Part shown: positions 46,351 to 56,194 of the stretch, one piece after another
How positions within the stretch are numbered: position 1 is the stretch's first letter
Layout: each line of letters starts with the position of its first letter
Source: Enterobacterales bacterium
GTDB lineage: Bacteria > Pseudomonadota > Gammaproteobacteria > Enterobacterales > Enterobacteriaceae
Assembly (NCBI GenBank): GCA_039593635.1
Contig: JBCNOW010000015.1
Location: forward strand, 8,942-72,941
Length of the DNA: 64,000 nucleotides
Reading direction: 5' to 3'
Translations under genes and position numbers: made by a program
The notes under the pieces: model-generated
Told to the model about the DNA's origin: nothing
The model's database searches: none
The model's input: the letters and a program-made list of their open reading frames with translations, nothing else

Positions 46351-46935
46351 TCAATTTCTATTAATAACTTTATCGAAAATGTGCATCCACCGTTTAAGTT
46401 GAAGCTCAGTATCTCGAATACCCTCATGCGAATTGAAGTCGCCCTGCTGCGGGAAGAACATAACTCTCCACTCAGGATACTGCACATCGTCTACAGAGAT
46501 GTAAAAACCTGACTCTCTGAAATCGTGGGTGCGATCCAGTTCCTTATCAAGACCTGTTCTTTGTCTCGTAGTAGACAAATTGTATCGCCATTCTTTGATG
46601 GCTGAGAAGGGATATGTTTTCTGTTTATTCTCTTCCTTGAGATGAATTAGTCCTCGTTTTTCATCGAGCTTCATAGCAGTAGGACCGAACTCGTGACTCC
46701 ACATGCCATCAGACTCTCCGAATACATCTCTGGTGCTGGCATTCCACTTCTTGATGCGGAATTTTTTATAGGCAAACATCAAAAGCATAATGCTTGCGAA
46801 AACCCATACGATTGCAAGCTGAACCAAACCCTGAACACCTGAGAAGTAGAAAATGACAATCGGAAGTGCGATGGCCATCCATACCCTCTTCATCATCAAA
46901 AAGTTCGGCTGTTTTACTTCAGTAATTGCTGTCAT
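46351..46935 (-). CDS. Membrane-anchored protein, DUF4755-like
   Basis: Two N-terminal TMs then KTYPFSAIKEWRY, SGFYISVDDVQYPEW; terminator at 46301-46327. Confidence 0.6.
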   Translation of the reverse strand: MTAITEVKQPNFLMMKRVWMAIALPIVIFYFSGVQGLVQLAIVWVFASIMLLMFAYKKFRIKKWNASTRDVFGESDGMWSHEFGPTAMKLDEKRGLIHLKEENKQKTYPFSAIKEWRYNLSTTRQRTGLDKELDRTHDFRESGFYISVDDVQYPEWRVMFFPQQGDFNSHEGIRDTELQLKRWMHIFDKVINRN

Positions 46936-47230
46936 GTAAGTGTCCTATTTGAAAGAAACCAAATTTTGGGCGCAAGTGCCCGTCAGCATTTTTGCCGATA
47001 ATTCAGTAAGCTACATCGCTTCTTTTGAAGTTACATTACGACTCAGAAACAAGGTCTAGCAAATCATTTGTACCGATCGATCGCTTTCTTTTGATAGTCT
47101 ATAGCTATCATGTGAGAATAATTGATCAGTGATAACGATCGATCGATTTTACCTATCAATTTGAAAATGAATGAAAATATTTATGGGATTTGGCTTAAGG
47201 AATGAATTTAACCCACTGAAAACTATTCGG

Positions 47231-48331
47231 TTAAACAGGTTTGAATTGCGATTTTCTTACCAAATCTTGAGAATCCACTTCCGAAAATTGCAGAGGTATT
47301 GGATTTTCATCCATGATTTTCTTAATGAGGCCGGCTTTCTTAGCTGGCTTGAGAATTGTTGAGCCTATAGCTTTCATACTGCTTAGAAACTCATCAAGGT
47401 AAGGTATCCACTGTAACCAGCGAGACCGAGTATGATCGCTGGAATTTGCCGTATGGGGTGTAGATTTGGATTGAACTTCAATGGGAGTTGAAACGTTTTC
47501 ATTGATGGTAAACGATACAGGAGTAACTGCATCCATTGGTTGAGTCACAATGATTCGCTTGCTCAGGCTTGACCAACCATAAGCTTTGCCGAGCTGTGAT
47601 GCCTTAAATGCGACACCACCATATTCGAACGAGAAACCGTTCATCTTGCCTGTAGATGCAACATTGGCTATCGCTGAAATATTTTGCTTTTGCAGTTCAT
47701 GTATGAAGTCCTCGATAGTGATTTCATTGAAAAAGGTGAGAACTGCATCTATAGCTTCCTGTATCACTATCTTGGGAGCTTTCTCCTTTGTTCTGACCTG
47801 CATCATCTTTTCGTTACGAGTGAGCTTCCTTTGCTTCTGGGGCTGTTTAGCAGGAGAAGGACCTTTCGTTCTGGTGAGCTGATGATCTCGTTCAAGCTCT
47901 TGAATGATACGAGTGCTGATGAGGTTCTCGTTCCTGCCGAGATAAAGTTGACCATCTACCAAAACATTTATACGAGAAGCAATGATGTGTATGTGTTGAC
48001 CAGCTTCGTCGTCATGCAGAACATAACAGCGCAGATGAGTGTCTGAGAAACCCATTCGCTTCATGTAATCGTCAGCAACGAGCTTCCATTGCTCTTTAGA
48101 AATTGATTCACCGACAGGGAGACGAAGGGAGTTGTGCCATACCGGTTTCGCAACATCTTCTCTCAGTTGCTGTGTTCTGGCGAACTCTACTTTCAGCTCT
48201 TCTACTGTGATGCCCACAAGATTGCCACCAATCACCAAAGGTGTAGTTTTATGGTGGGGAGCAGGGGCAAGAGCATACGAGACGACACCACGAAAGTTCT
48301 TACCCCGGCGAATCCTGTTCATTCCCTTCAT
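47231..48331 (-). CDS. MOBP-type relaxase
   Basis: VVSYAL, VWHNSL, LHDDEAGQHIHIIASRI (HUH). Confidence 0.9.
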   Translation of the reverse strand: MKGMNRIRRGKNFRGVVSYALAPAPHHKTTPLVIGGNLVGITVEELKVEFARTQQLREDVAKPVWHNSLRLPVGESISKEQWKLVADDYMKRMGFSDTHLRCYVLHDDEAGQHIHIIASRINVLVDGQLYLGRNENLISTRIIQELERDHQLTRTKGPSPAKQPQKQRKLTRNEKMMQVRTKEKAPKIVIQEAIDAVLTFFNEITIEDFIHELQKQNISAIANVASTGKMNGFSFEYGGVAFKASQLGKAYGWSSLSKRIIVTQPMDAVTPVSFTINENVSTPIEVQSKSTPHTANSSDHTRSRWLQWIPYLDEFLSSMKAIGSTILKPAKKAGLIKKIMDENPIPLQFSEVDSQDLVRKSQFKPV

Positions 48332-48340
48332 ACAGGATGT

Positions 48341-48733
48341 TTACTCATTGAATGTCAGCAGAGCATCTCTTACATGCGACAGCTTAACTTTTAGTGCATT
48401 CACTTCTTGGGATAGAGGCTGAGCATCTTCGCCTCTACGGAGCAGGAATGACCCCAGATCGTTTAGTTTCTGTAGTGAGCCAGTAAGCTCCTGCCAGGCT
48501 TCTTTGTTGATTTCGGGAACAGAAGGGGGAAGTTGCTTGAGAGCTGAGGATCTCAGCCAACAGCTTTTACTCAATTGGTTTCGAGAGTCATTTACTTGCC
48601 TGAGTTCTAAATCACTAAGACGAACCGAAACGGTATGTTTGCGAATGCGGTTAGGTGGTAATTTCTTTGCTTTTGGATCATCACTGAATGACGAAGGGAA
48701 ATCGTCGTCCAATATATTATTAAATTTTTCCAT
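48341..48733 (-). CDS. MobC-like relaxosome accessory protein (RHH)
   Basis: RKHTVSVRLSDLE, WLR, VPEIN...LQKLNDL; directly upstream of relaxase. Confidence 0.78.
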   Translation of the reverse strand: MEKFNNILDDDFPSSFSDDPKAKKLPPNRIRKHTVSVRLSDLELRQVNDSRNQLSKSCWLRSSALKQLPPSVPEINKEAWQELTGSLQKLNDLGSFLLRRGEDAQPLSQEVNALKVKLSHVRDALLTFNE

Positions 48734-48868
48734 ATCAACTCCTTTTGATTATGTGGTTTATAGCAAGTCCGTATGCTATGAATAATTAACTATCATAATA
48801 TGTAGGTGTGTCAATGCCTTATGTGTTGATTTCGATTTTTTTTTCTTTTTCAACCACAGGGCAGAAAA

Positions 48869-48915
48869 AGCAAGGCAACTCAAAGATGCGGAGCATCTAT
48901 GAGTTAGCCCTTGCT
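48869..48915. other. Candidate oriT hairpin
   Basis: agcaagg-caactca-aagatgc-gga-gcatct-a-tgagtt-agc-ccttgct imperfect inverted repeat upstream of mobC. Confidence 0.5.
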
Positions 48916-49127
48916 ACATTAGATAATTGACATATAAATTTTTAGAGTTATATATAAACTAAAAAATAAAAAAGGATAAACCATGTCGGAAACTACAATT
49001 TATATATATGTCATAATATTGAATCTATTATCTTATCTCTTTACTACACTAACTGGACTTATAGTTATAATTGATATTTTTGTGGTTTTATCATATATCA
49101 CAAGCTGTATTATGGATAAATGGTATT

Positions 49128-49703
49128 TTAATGGTCGTTAGGGTTATGCTTATTCCGCAGAACAGTTAATATATTTATTTCTAACATTAATTCTTTAATG
49201 AGTGTTTCTTTTGTGCTGGATTTTGTTTTAAGCGATATAAATAACTCGTTTTTAAATTCACATAATGAAATCAAGAATTTAGCGAAGCTACAAAGCAAAA
49301 TAAGGCTTTTAAATATTGCCAATGTTTCGATACTTATTATCTTATAAAGGTTAGAAATAAAATCACCTTCTGGTAAAGTATATGATTGATAAAGTACAAT
49401 TGCGGCAGGGAAAAACAAGAAGAAATCATTTGCTGCCTTAATGCATTTCCCAATCGTTAAATATAAAGCCGATATTGCAATTCCCCCTATAAAAGAAATT
49501 CCTAAAAGGATGTTATTTTTATATATTTCTCGTATTGTTTTAAGATCAATAGATTGTGAACCTTTTTTTAGAATAAACTCTAAGCCTTGCTCACATAATA
49601 TTATTATAACGATCAGGGATAAAATAAATATAATTCTTTTGTTTTTTTGCATGAAGTTTTGTTTGTTATTTTTTTGCTCATTCTCAATTTTTTTTATGCA
49701 CAT
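49128..49703 (-). CDS. Hypothetical multi-TM protein
   Basis: 191 aa, 3-4 hydrophobic stretches; 19 bp downstream of previous gene. Confidence 0.6.
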   Translation of the reverse strand: MCIKKIENEQKNNKQNFMQKNKRIIFILSLIVIIILCEQGLEFILKKGSQSIDLKTIREIYKNNILLGISFIGGIAISALYLTIGKCIKAANDFFLFFPAAIVLYQSYTLPEGDFISNLYKIISIETLAIFKSLILLCSFAKFLISLCEFKNELFISLKTKSSTKETLIKELMLEINILTVLRNKHNPNDH

Positions 49704-49722
49704 GAATTTATCTCCAGTTTGA

Positions 49723-50952
49723 CTATCTAAACCAATTAATAATAAACTCTATAGAATTGTTCAGGGTATCTTTAAATTGATAGAGGACGAAAAGAAACCA
49801 TACAGAACATCCAAAATAAATTAGACCCTCAAGGTTTGATAAGATTTTATCAGCAGACCTTTTCTTCTCTTTTAATTTCATTAAAGCATCGCTTATTACA
49901 CCGTTTACTTTTTGAGTTAAAACAAGATCCGTATCATCGGAATTTTCTTTACTAAATAGCTCCATAGTTTTATTTGAAGACTCAATAATGTCATTTAGGG
50001 AGTTCTTAGCATTATGGATGCCTATAATAACTACAACACAAGTTAGTAACATAGCTACAAAAATAAGTAACAATCCTGATGGAGTCCATCCTTTAATTAT
50101 CGCTGTACTGACTAATACAGCAGGGATTGTTAGTGATTTAGTTTGGTGCTCCTGAACTAATGAGTTTAATTTTGAAAGGAAATCTAACTTCTGCACTTCT
50201 ACATCATTAATTATTTTATTAATTGAATATTTGTTGATGTAGATTTCATAGTTTATTGCGAATAAGTCCCAAAGTTTTTTTGGCGATTTTAATAGAGATG
50301 AGAGAAAGTCATTTTTGGAGTCACAATCATTATACAGCTCAATTAATGAAGATCTCATTACGAGTTTTCTTTCATATGAATGGAGGTCAATGTTTGTAAG
50401 GCTCTTAATATCGCAAGGTTCAGTATCTATTTCACATAAAAAGCCATCTTCTAAATTTTTCAAGGGCAGCTTATAGGTGGTTATCTTTTTTGATTTACCA
50501 CCTTCCATAACGAAAATATAGTTAGGCCATGCTCCTGAGTTTTCATATTCAATATGATCAGAGATACGTGACAAAATCTCACACCATTGAGAATAAGCTT
50601 TAACCGATTTGCTAACTTTTAGTATATCTTCGTCTTCAAAATCATTAATATAAAAATAGTTCGGAAAATCTGTTTTATTTTTAATTGATACTCTTAATGT
50701 TTTAAATAGCTCTGAGATAGAATAAAACCATCCAATTGAACTTGTCAGTAAAATAGATAATTTTATAACGGTATTTTCTTCAGTCTTTTCTAATGCTAAA
50801 GAATCTATGTTCTGGGCTTCTTTAAAAGACTCCTCTACTTTTGAAAAAGAATTGGAATCGTAGATCCACACTTGATATGGATCTTCGTATTCGATTGAAA
50901 CTACATGCTTTTTCATATTGAGCAGTAGTTTCATTAATTCTTCATTCTTCAT
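49723..50952 (-). CDS. Hypothetical protein with C-terminal TM helices and coiled coil
   Basis: 409 aa; KSLTIPAVLV, LLLIFVAMLLTCVVVIIGI, LIYFGCSVWFLFVLY. Confidence 0.8.
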   Translation of the reverse strand: MKNEELMKLLLNMKKHVVSIEYEDPYQVWIYDSNSFSKVEESFKEAQNIDSLALEKTEENTVIKLSILLTSSIGWFYSISELFKTLRVSIKNKTDFPNYFYINDFEDEDILKVSKSVKAYSQWCEILSRISDHIEYENSGAWPNYIFVMEGGKSKKITTYKLPLKNLEDGFLCEIDTEPCDIKSLTNIDLHSYERKLVMRSSLIELYNDCDSKNDFLSSLLKSPKKLWDLFAINYEIYINKYSINKIINDVEVQKLDFLSKLNSLVQEHQTKSLTIPAVLVSTAIIKGWTPSGLLLIFVAMLLTCVVVIIGIHNAKNSLNDIIESSNKTMELFSKENSDDTDLVLTQKVNGVISDALMKLKEKKRSADKILSNLEGLIYFGCSVWFLFVLYQFKDTLNNSIEFIINWFR

Positions 50953-52036
50953 TTGCTAGCTCTGATAATTTAGCAATCAATATCGGATCGGTTATTTTTT
51001 GCACTAATGTCACTTCATGCGTATATTTGTCAAATATCAATGGCTTATCTGAATTAGGTAGACCAATCTGATGCTTTCGGACACTTAATTTTGCAATAGG
51101 GGTTTCAAAATCCAGCCACTCAAGCTGTTTCTTATCACTTGCTAAAACTTCAAATTCTTCATTTACTTCAAATGCATTTTCATTTACAAAATCTACAAAA
51201 GTATTTTTAATATCTGCTTTATCTATAGGTAAAATAGCATCAATCTGAATTTGTATTTTATCGAGGGAAATGGATTGCCCTCTTTTACAGCTATCAAAAA
51301 GTTCTTTTACTTTTGATTCTAACCTTTCTTTAAGAGCACGGTTTAAGCTGTTTTTCTTTGCAAAAGATTCGATGGCTTTAATAACCTGCTCACTACTTTT
51401 TTTATTTGATACAATCTCATCTGCACCGATTGAAGAGGTGAAATACTGTCTTACTTCCCCACTACCCCGAATAAAGCATAAATTGTTTTTATTTTCTCCA
51501 TCATCTACTGCTTTAAATCTAATCAAATCGACTCTGGCACCTTGGAGAAATTTATCTAAATCAATAATATCTACTGGGTTAAGTTGTAGATTATCTTTGA
51601 ATCTAAGAGCATCTGTATTTTTTAGCATTAATACTAAGATTCGTTCAAAATATAATTCAGAGGTTCCATCTTCTCTCAAGTTCTCAAGCTTATAGTGAGT
51701 AAAAACTAAAACTGCTCCGTTACTGGCTCGTGATTGCTTTGCTTGAGTTATTAGTTTTGTGCTTACAAATTCATCCACGAAGTTTTGAAAAGTGCTTTCA
51801 TCTTTAACATAATTTGAAAGTTTTGCAGGGAATGAATTGAGAGGATATGGTTTAAGAAATTGTGCATGAGTTTTACTGCTTTTATGGAATCTGGCATCAA
51901 CTCGTGTGGTAAAAGTAATAACTTCACTCTGGTCTATAGGCCAAGGCGCTCCTACTGTATATGACCAATCCTTTTGTTCCTCTTTTGGGGGAACAATCTT
52001 TACAGCTATAGCATTAAGAACTTGGATAGAAGCCAC
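50942..52036 (-). CDS. YejK/NdpA-like nucleoid-associated family protein
   Basis: SNGAVLVFTHY, LVLMLK, IDLDKFLQGARVDL, FIRG...QYFTSSIGA. Confidence 0.7.
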   Translation of the reverse strand: MASIQVLNAIAVKIVPPKEEQKDWSYTVGAPWPIDQSEVITFTTRVDARFHKSSKTHAQFLKPYPLNSFPAKLSNYVKDESTFQNFVDEFVSTKLITQAKQSRASNGAVLVFTHYKLENLREDGTSELYFERILVLMLKNTDALRFKDNLQLNPVDIIDLDKFLQGARVDLIRFKAVDDGENKNNLCFIRGSGEVRQYFTSSIGADEIVSNKKSSEQVIKAIESFAKKNSLNRALKERLESKVKELFDSCKRGQSISLDKIQIQIDAILPIDKADIKNTFVDFVNENAFEVNEEFEVLASDKKQLEWLDFETPIAKLSVRKHQIGLPNSDKPLIFDKYTHEVTLVQKITDPILIAKLSELANEE

Positions 52037-52180
52037 TTTAACCCCGAATTGTTGATGTGTAGTAATTTAGAAAATTTTTTTCAGTATATTCTGATTTTCA
52101 TAAAAATCTCATTGCAGGTAAAGAAATATTTAAGTATTCATAGGGTTAAAACTTGTTAAATCTATGTATTTTAAGGTTAT

Positions 52181-53410
52181 TTATTTTTGACTGAGAATTG
52201 CAATGGCATAACTCAATGATATTGATAATGTTTTTAATGCATTTTCCCTTTCCTCAAAGTAATCATATCTGTCATAAATACCCTCAACACCTTTGAGTTT
52301 ATGGTTCAAGCATCTTTCTGCTACATGTGGAGGAACTGCCAGTGAAGCAAGCAGGCTCCGGCTCGTTCTCCTAAGGTCATGGACGGTAAAATACTCAATA
52401 TCGCCCATAACATTTTGCGGTTGCTTCTTCCTGCCTGGCTCGATACCGAACAGTTTCGCTATGGCTCTGTTGAGAGTGTCTCTTCCCATGTGCTGGGACT
52501 TGCTCACACGGCGATTAGGGAAGACATAATGCGAATCCCATGCTCTGACCTTTAGTTCTTCCAAAATCTCCATAGCGAGCGGTGGAAGTGGGATGACGAT
52601 GCCAACACCGGATTTGCTCCTTTCCTTAGGTAAGAACCATTTTTTTTCTTCTAAATTAAATTCTGACCAAGGAGCCTCTGTAAGCTCACTTTTGCGAACA
52701 GCGAGAAGCAGTAGCAGGGCACATGCCAGATAATTATCACGAGAGAAGCTGTCAGAGTGTTCTCTGAACACTTTAAAAACATGAGCAATCTCTTCTAAGC
52801 TCAATGCTCTTTCTCTGCTCTTTTCAACTCCTCCGGCATCGTTTACTCGGAATGCTGTGGCGGGATTGTTCAGGACAAGACCGAGTTTGATACCATGATT
52901 GAAGAGCTGTTTCATGTAGAGAAGGGCATCATTTGCGATAGTAGGTCTGCCACTTTTCGTAATAGTTTGCAGAATTGATCTGACGTCGATGGGAGTGACT
53001 TTGCTTAAGGCAAGCCTACCAATAGTAGGAGCTATGTCTTTTCGGTAAACTCTTTCTGGTATGCCCGGATATTTTAATCTTTTAACAAGATCCTTATGCC
53101 AGTCTTCGAAAAGCTCGTTCACTGTAGTCAGTAATTTTGGACGATTGAGCTTTCGTTCTGCAATTGGATCTTCTCCGGCCATAACCTTTTTGCGAATATC
53201 TTCTGCAAGGCTACGGGCTTCTGCGAGTGACACTTTAGAAACCTTGCCTAAAGTAATTTCTCTTCTCTTTGTGTGTGCTGTGTATCTCAGCATCCAGTAA
53301 GGTTCACCTTTGGATGGGATCTTCAGGTATAAGCCTCGCTCATCTCCAAACTTACCAACTCCGCCCGCTTTTATCAGAGACTGAACGGCTTTTGCTGTTA
53401 GTGAACCCAT
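52181..53410 (-). CDS. P4-like tyrosine integrase with arm-binding domain
   Basis: DERGLYLKI, WMLRY, SLAEAR, VRKSEL, HDLRRT, LNHKLKGVEGIYDRY; adjacent to att. Confidence 0.95.
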   Translation of the reverse strand: MGSLTAKAVQSLIKAGGVGKFGDERGLYLKIPSKGEPYWMLRYTAHTKRREITLGKVSKVSLAEARSLAEDIRKKVMAGEDPIAERKLNRPKLLTTVNELFEDWHKDLVKRLKYPGIPERVYRKDIAPTIGRLALSKVTPIDVRSILQTITKSGRPTIANDALLYMKQLFNHGIKLGLVLNNPATAFRVNDAGGVEKSRERALSLEEIAHVFKVFREHSDSFSRDNYLACALLLLLAVRKSELTEAPWSEFNLEEKKWFLPKERSKSGVGIVIPLPPLAMEILEELKVRAWDSHYVFPNRRVSKSQHMGRDTLNRAIAKLFGIEPGRKKQPQNVMGDIEYFTVHDLRRTSRSLLASLAVPPHVAERCLNHKLKGVEGIYDRYDYFEERENALKTLSISLSYAIAILSQK

Positions 53411-53558
53411 ATACCTGACCTGCTAATCCTAAGTGGGGGGTATTTGGTTATAAACTGTTATTTTTGGCTAGTAAAGCAAAAAAACTCCCCACTCTACCCC
53501 CCGATAAATCGTGGATATTGATGGAGAGATATGTTTATTGGTGGAATTTGACGGCAAT

Positions 53559-53583
53559 AAAAAAGCCCATTTAACATGGGCTT
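53559..53583 (-). terminator. Island-supplied terminator after yicC
   Basis: Minus strand aagcccat-gttaa-atgggc-tttttt. Confidence 0.7.
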
Positions 53584-53610
53584 ATGGATATTCATGGATG
53601 GGAGTGGAAA

Positions 53611-54474
53611 TTATTCGATATTCTGAATCTGCTCGCGCATCTGTTCGATCAGCACCTTAAGCTCAATCGCTGAGGCGGTGATGTCCGCATTGATCGATTT
53701 CGATGCCAGCGTGTTCGACTCGCGGTTGAACTCCTGCATCATAAAGTCGAGGCGGCGGCCCACGGCTTCTTTCTTCTTCAGAATGTTGTAGGTCTCTTTT
53801 ACGTGCGCTTCGAGACGATCCAGCTCTTCGGCTACATCAATACGCTGGGCCATCATCACCAGTTCCTGCTCAAGGCGATTATTCTCCAGCTGAACCTCAG
53901 CTTCTTCCAGCTTGCTCACAAGACGCTCGCGCTGCCATTTCAGCACTTCCGGCATCTGTGCACGCACTTTGCTGACCTGATCGGTCACGCCCTGCAGCCG
54001 CTGTTCGATCAGCGCTTTCAGCGCGTTGCCTTCACTTTCACGCGCAATGATGAAATCGTCCAGCGCACCATCCAGCGCCGCCAGCAGTTCCGCGTTGATG
54101 GCATCCAGATCCTGCTCCTGCGCGGTCATCACGCCCGGCCAGCGCAGAATATCCAGCGGGTTAACTGCGCCTTCATCACTCTGCATTTTCACCCAGTTCG
54201 CCGCCTGCACCAGCTGTTTAGCCAGCGACTCATTCAGCTGCAGCTCACCCTGGGCGCTGGCATCGGCGTCGAAGCGCAGGTTGCACTCGATTTTGCCGCG
54301 CGTCAGGCGGTTGCGGATGCGTTCGCGGATCACCGGCTCCAGACTGCGAAACTGCTCCGGCAGGCGGATATAGGTTTCGAGATAACGCTGGTTGACGGAA
54401 CGCAGTTCCCAGGCGGCGCTGCCCCAGCTGCCTTTGGCTTCACGGCGGGCGTATGCGGTCATACTGCGGATCAT
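53611..54474 (-). CDS. yicC: YicC/YloC endoribonuclease family
   Basis: MIRSMTAYAR, RSVNQRYLE, GRRLDFMMQEFNRESNT, EQMREQIQNIE. Confidence 0.97.
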   Translation of the reverse strand: MIRSMTAYARREAKGSWGSAAWELRSVNQRYLETYIRLPEQFRSLEPVIRERIRNRLTRGKIECNLRFDADASAQGELQLNESLAKQLVQAANWVKMQSDEGAVNPLDILRWPGVMTAQEQDLDAINAELLAALDGALDDFIIARESEGNALKALIEQRLQGVTDQVSKVRAQMPEVLKWQRERLVSKLEEAEVQLENNRLEQELVMMAQRIDVAEELDRLEAHVKETYNILKKKEAVGRRLDFMMQEFNRESNTLASKSINADITASAIELKVLIEQMREQIQNIE

Positions 54475-55040
54475 AAGCTTCTACTCATTCAGGAAATGTT
54501 CTTCGAATTATAGCGAGGGTGCTCCCGGCATGATAGGTGTAAACGCACAGCAGGGTGCCAGGCCTTTGACAACCGCGTTTATTGTTATTTACCGATGTTT
54601 TCAGGCGATAAAAATATCAAGGTTGTGAATGCAGAGATAAATAACGTTTTAATCTGGCGAAAAAATAGCTACTGCGTGAATTGACCTGCGGTAATTATCG
54701 CCAGCTTGTGAACGGGCAGGGTTTTTCCCTTGATTAAAATCATTAAAACACTGATGCAAAGCTGTGAATTGTGTCAATTCATTGATTTTAATGCCTTTAA
54801 TAACCGTTAAAACATAATGGATTTGTGAGTGTTGTTTTTGATCATATATAACGAAAATACCGTTGCGCAGGGCAAAATTGATCTCTATCGTTGGCACCAC
54901 TTGAGGACGACAACCACAAAAATGATGTGGACGGCCATCAGGAAAAATATAAGTAATTAAATTTTTCTATACACAGCAAATTGAATAAGACCGACGCAGA
55001 ACGCGCTCCTTGTTTTATTCACCTAAATGGAAATCAGCAA

Positions 55041-55565
55041 ATGAACATGAACAAAATCGTTGTGGCTTTAGGTCTGTCTATGTCTCTGGTGGCGGGTTCT
55101 GCAATGGCAGCAGGTGAAGGTAACGGTACTGTGACGTTTAAAGGTGCGATTGTTGATGCGCCATGCTCCATCGAACCAGGTTCAGTCGATCAGACGGTTG
55201 AGCTGGGTCAGATTTCCAACCTGGCGCTGAAAGACGGTGGCCGTTCTACACCGCGTCCATTCCAGATCAAACTGGAAAACTGCGACACCGCAACCAAAAA
55301 AGAAGTGACCGTGACCTTTGCCGGTACTGGCTCTCAGGTTATCCCGGGCAAACTGGCTATCACCGGTACTGCATCAGGCGCGGCGATCGGCATCAACTTC
55401 GGCGATACCGAAATTGAACTGGGTACCGCAACACCAGCGCAAAAACTGATGGACGGCAACAACCAGCTCTCCTTCGCAGCCTTCCTGCAGGGTGGCGGCG
55501 CTTCTGAGACTATCGTCCCGGGCGAATTCCAGAGCGTGGCTGACTTCGCACTGAACTATCAGTAA
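55041..55565 (+). CDS. Major fimbrial subunit (PapA/MrpA-like)
   Basis: Signal peptide, GTVTFKGAIVDAPCSI, FQIKLENC, C-terminal GEF...LNYQ. Confidence 0.9.
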   Translation: MNMNKIVVALGLSMSLVAGSAMAAGEGNGTVTFKGAIVDAPCSIEPGSVDQTVELGQISNLALKDGGRSTPRPFQIKLENCDTATKKEVTVTFAGTGSQVIPGKLAITGTASGAAIGINFGDTEIELGTATPAQKLMDGNNQLSFAAFLQGGGASETIVPGEFQSVADFALNYQ

Positions 55566-55628
55566 TGGTCAGAGACTGGCGGGCTTCCTTGCCCGCCACT
55601 CTATCTTTTCGCTTAAGGAACTGCGGCG

Positions 55629-56165
55629 ATGAGTCGTTTTATGCCTGCGGCGATAGTTTCGGCATCGGTGCTTTTCATCAATGACTGCCGCGCCGAACAG
55701 TTGATCGACCGCGGCCGCGTTGCGTTACGCGGCGCCATTCATCAGGGTGCCTGCGCCATTAAGGTCGATGATGCTGAACAAACCATCGCGATGGGGGTGC
55801 TGCCGCTGGCGCGCCTGCAACGTGACGGTAAAGGGCCGGGTTTTCCCTTCTCTATCCAGCTGGTCAATTGTCCGGTGGAGTACAGCGCGTCGGGAGGCGT
55901 GGCACGCACCTTTTCTATCACCTTTGACCACGATGGCCCGCCGGGTCAGCAGCGTTTTGCTGTGTATGGCGATGCCAAAGGGGTAGAGCTGATGATTACG
56001 GATACGCAGGGCAACACCATTGCTCCCGGTGAGGCGCAGCCGATCGATCAGCATCTGACGCAGCAGCACGACCTGCGTTATCGGCTCACGCTGGTCAGCA
56101 ACCAGCAGCAACTGCACAGCGGGAGTTACGCCGCCGCGATTCGTTTTCACATTAATTACAACTGA
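55629..56165 (+). CDS. Minor fimbrial subunit (PapH-like)
   Basis: GRVALRGAIHQGACAI, FSIQLVNC, GSY...FHINY. Confidence 0.82.
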   Translation: MSRFMPAAIVSASVLFINDCRAEQLIDRGRVALRGAIHQGACAIKVDDAEQTIAMGVLPLARLQRDGKGPGFPFSIQLVNCPVEYSASGGVARTFSITFDHDGPPGQQRFAVYGDAKGVELMITDTQGNTIAPGEAQPIDQHLTQQHDLRYRLTLVSNQQQLHSGSYAAAIRFHINYN

Positions 56166-56194
56166 TCTTTCACGGTTTACGGACACCGCTTGCC

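Larger units (their letters stand above)
30172..53631. mobile_element. Integrative mobilizable genomic island at the yicC 3' end (~23.5 kb)
   Basis: Flanking direct repeats, adjacent tyrosine integrase, AlpA, relaxase/MobC, clear AT enrichment relative to flanks. Confidence 0.92.

Noticed and set aside
30172-53631. Prophage, P4 satellite, CRISPR array, retron or tRNA target
   Set aside because: No structural, primase, cas or RT genes, no regular repeat-spacer array seen, and the target is a protein gene
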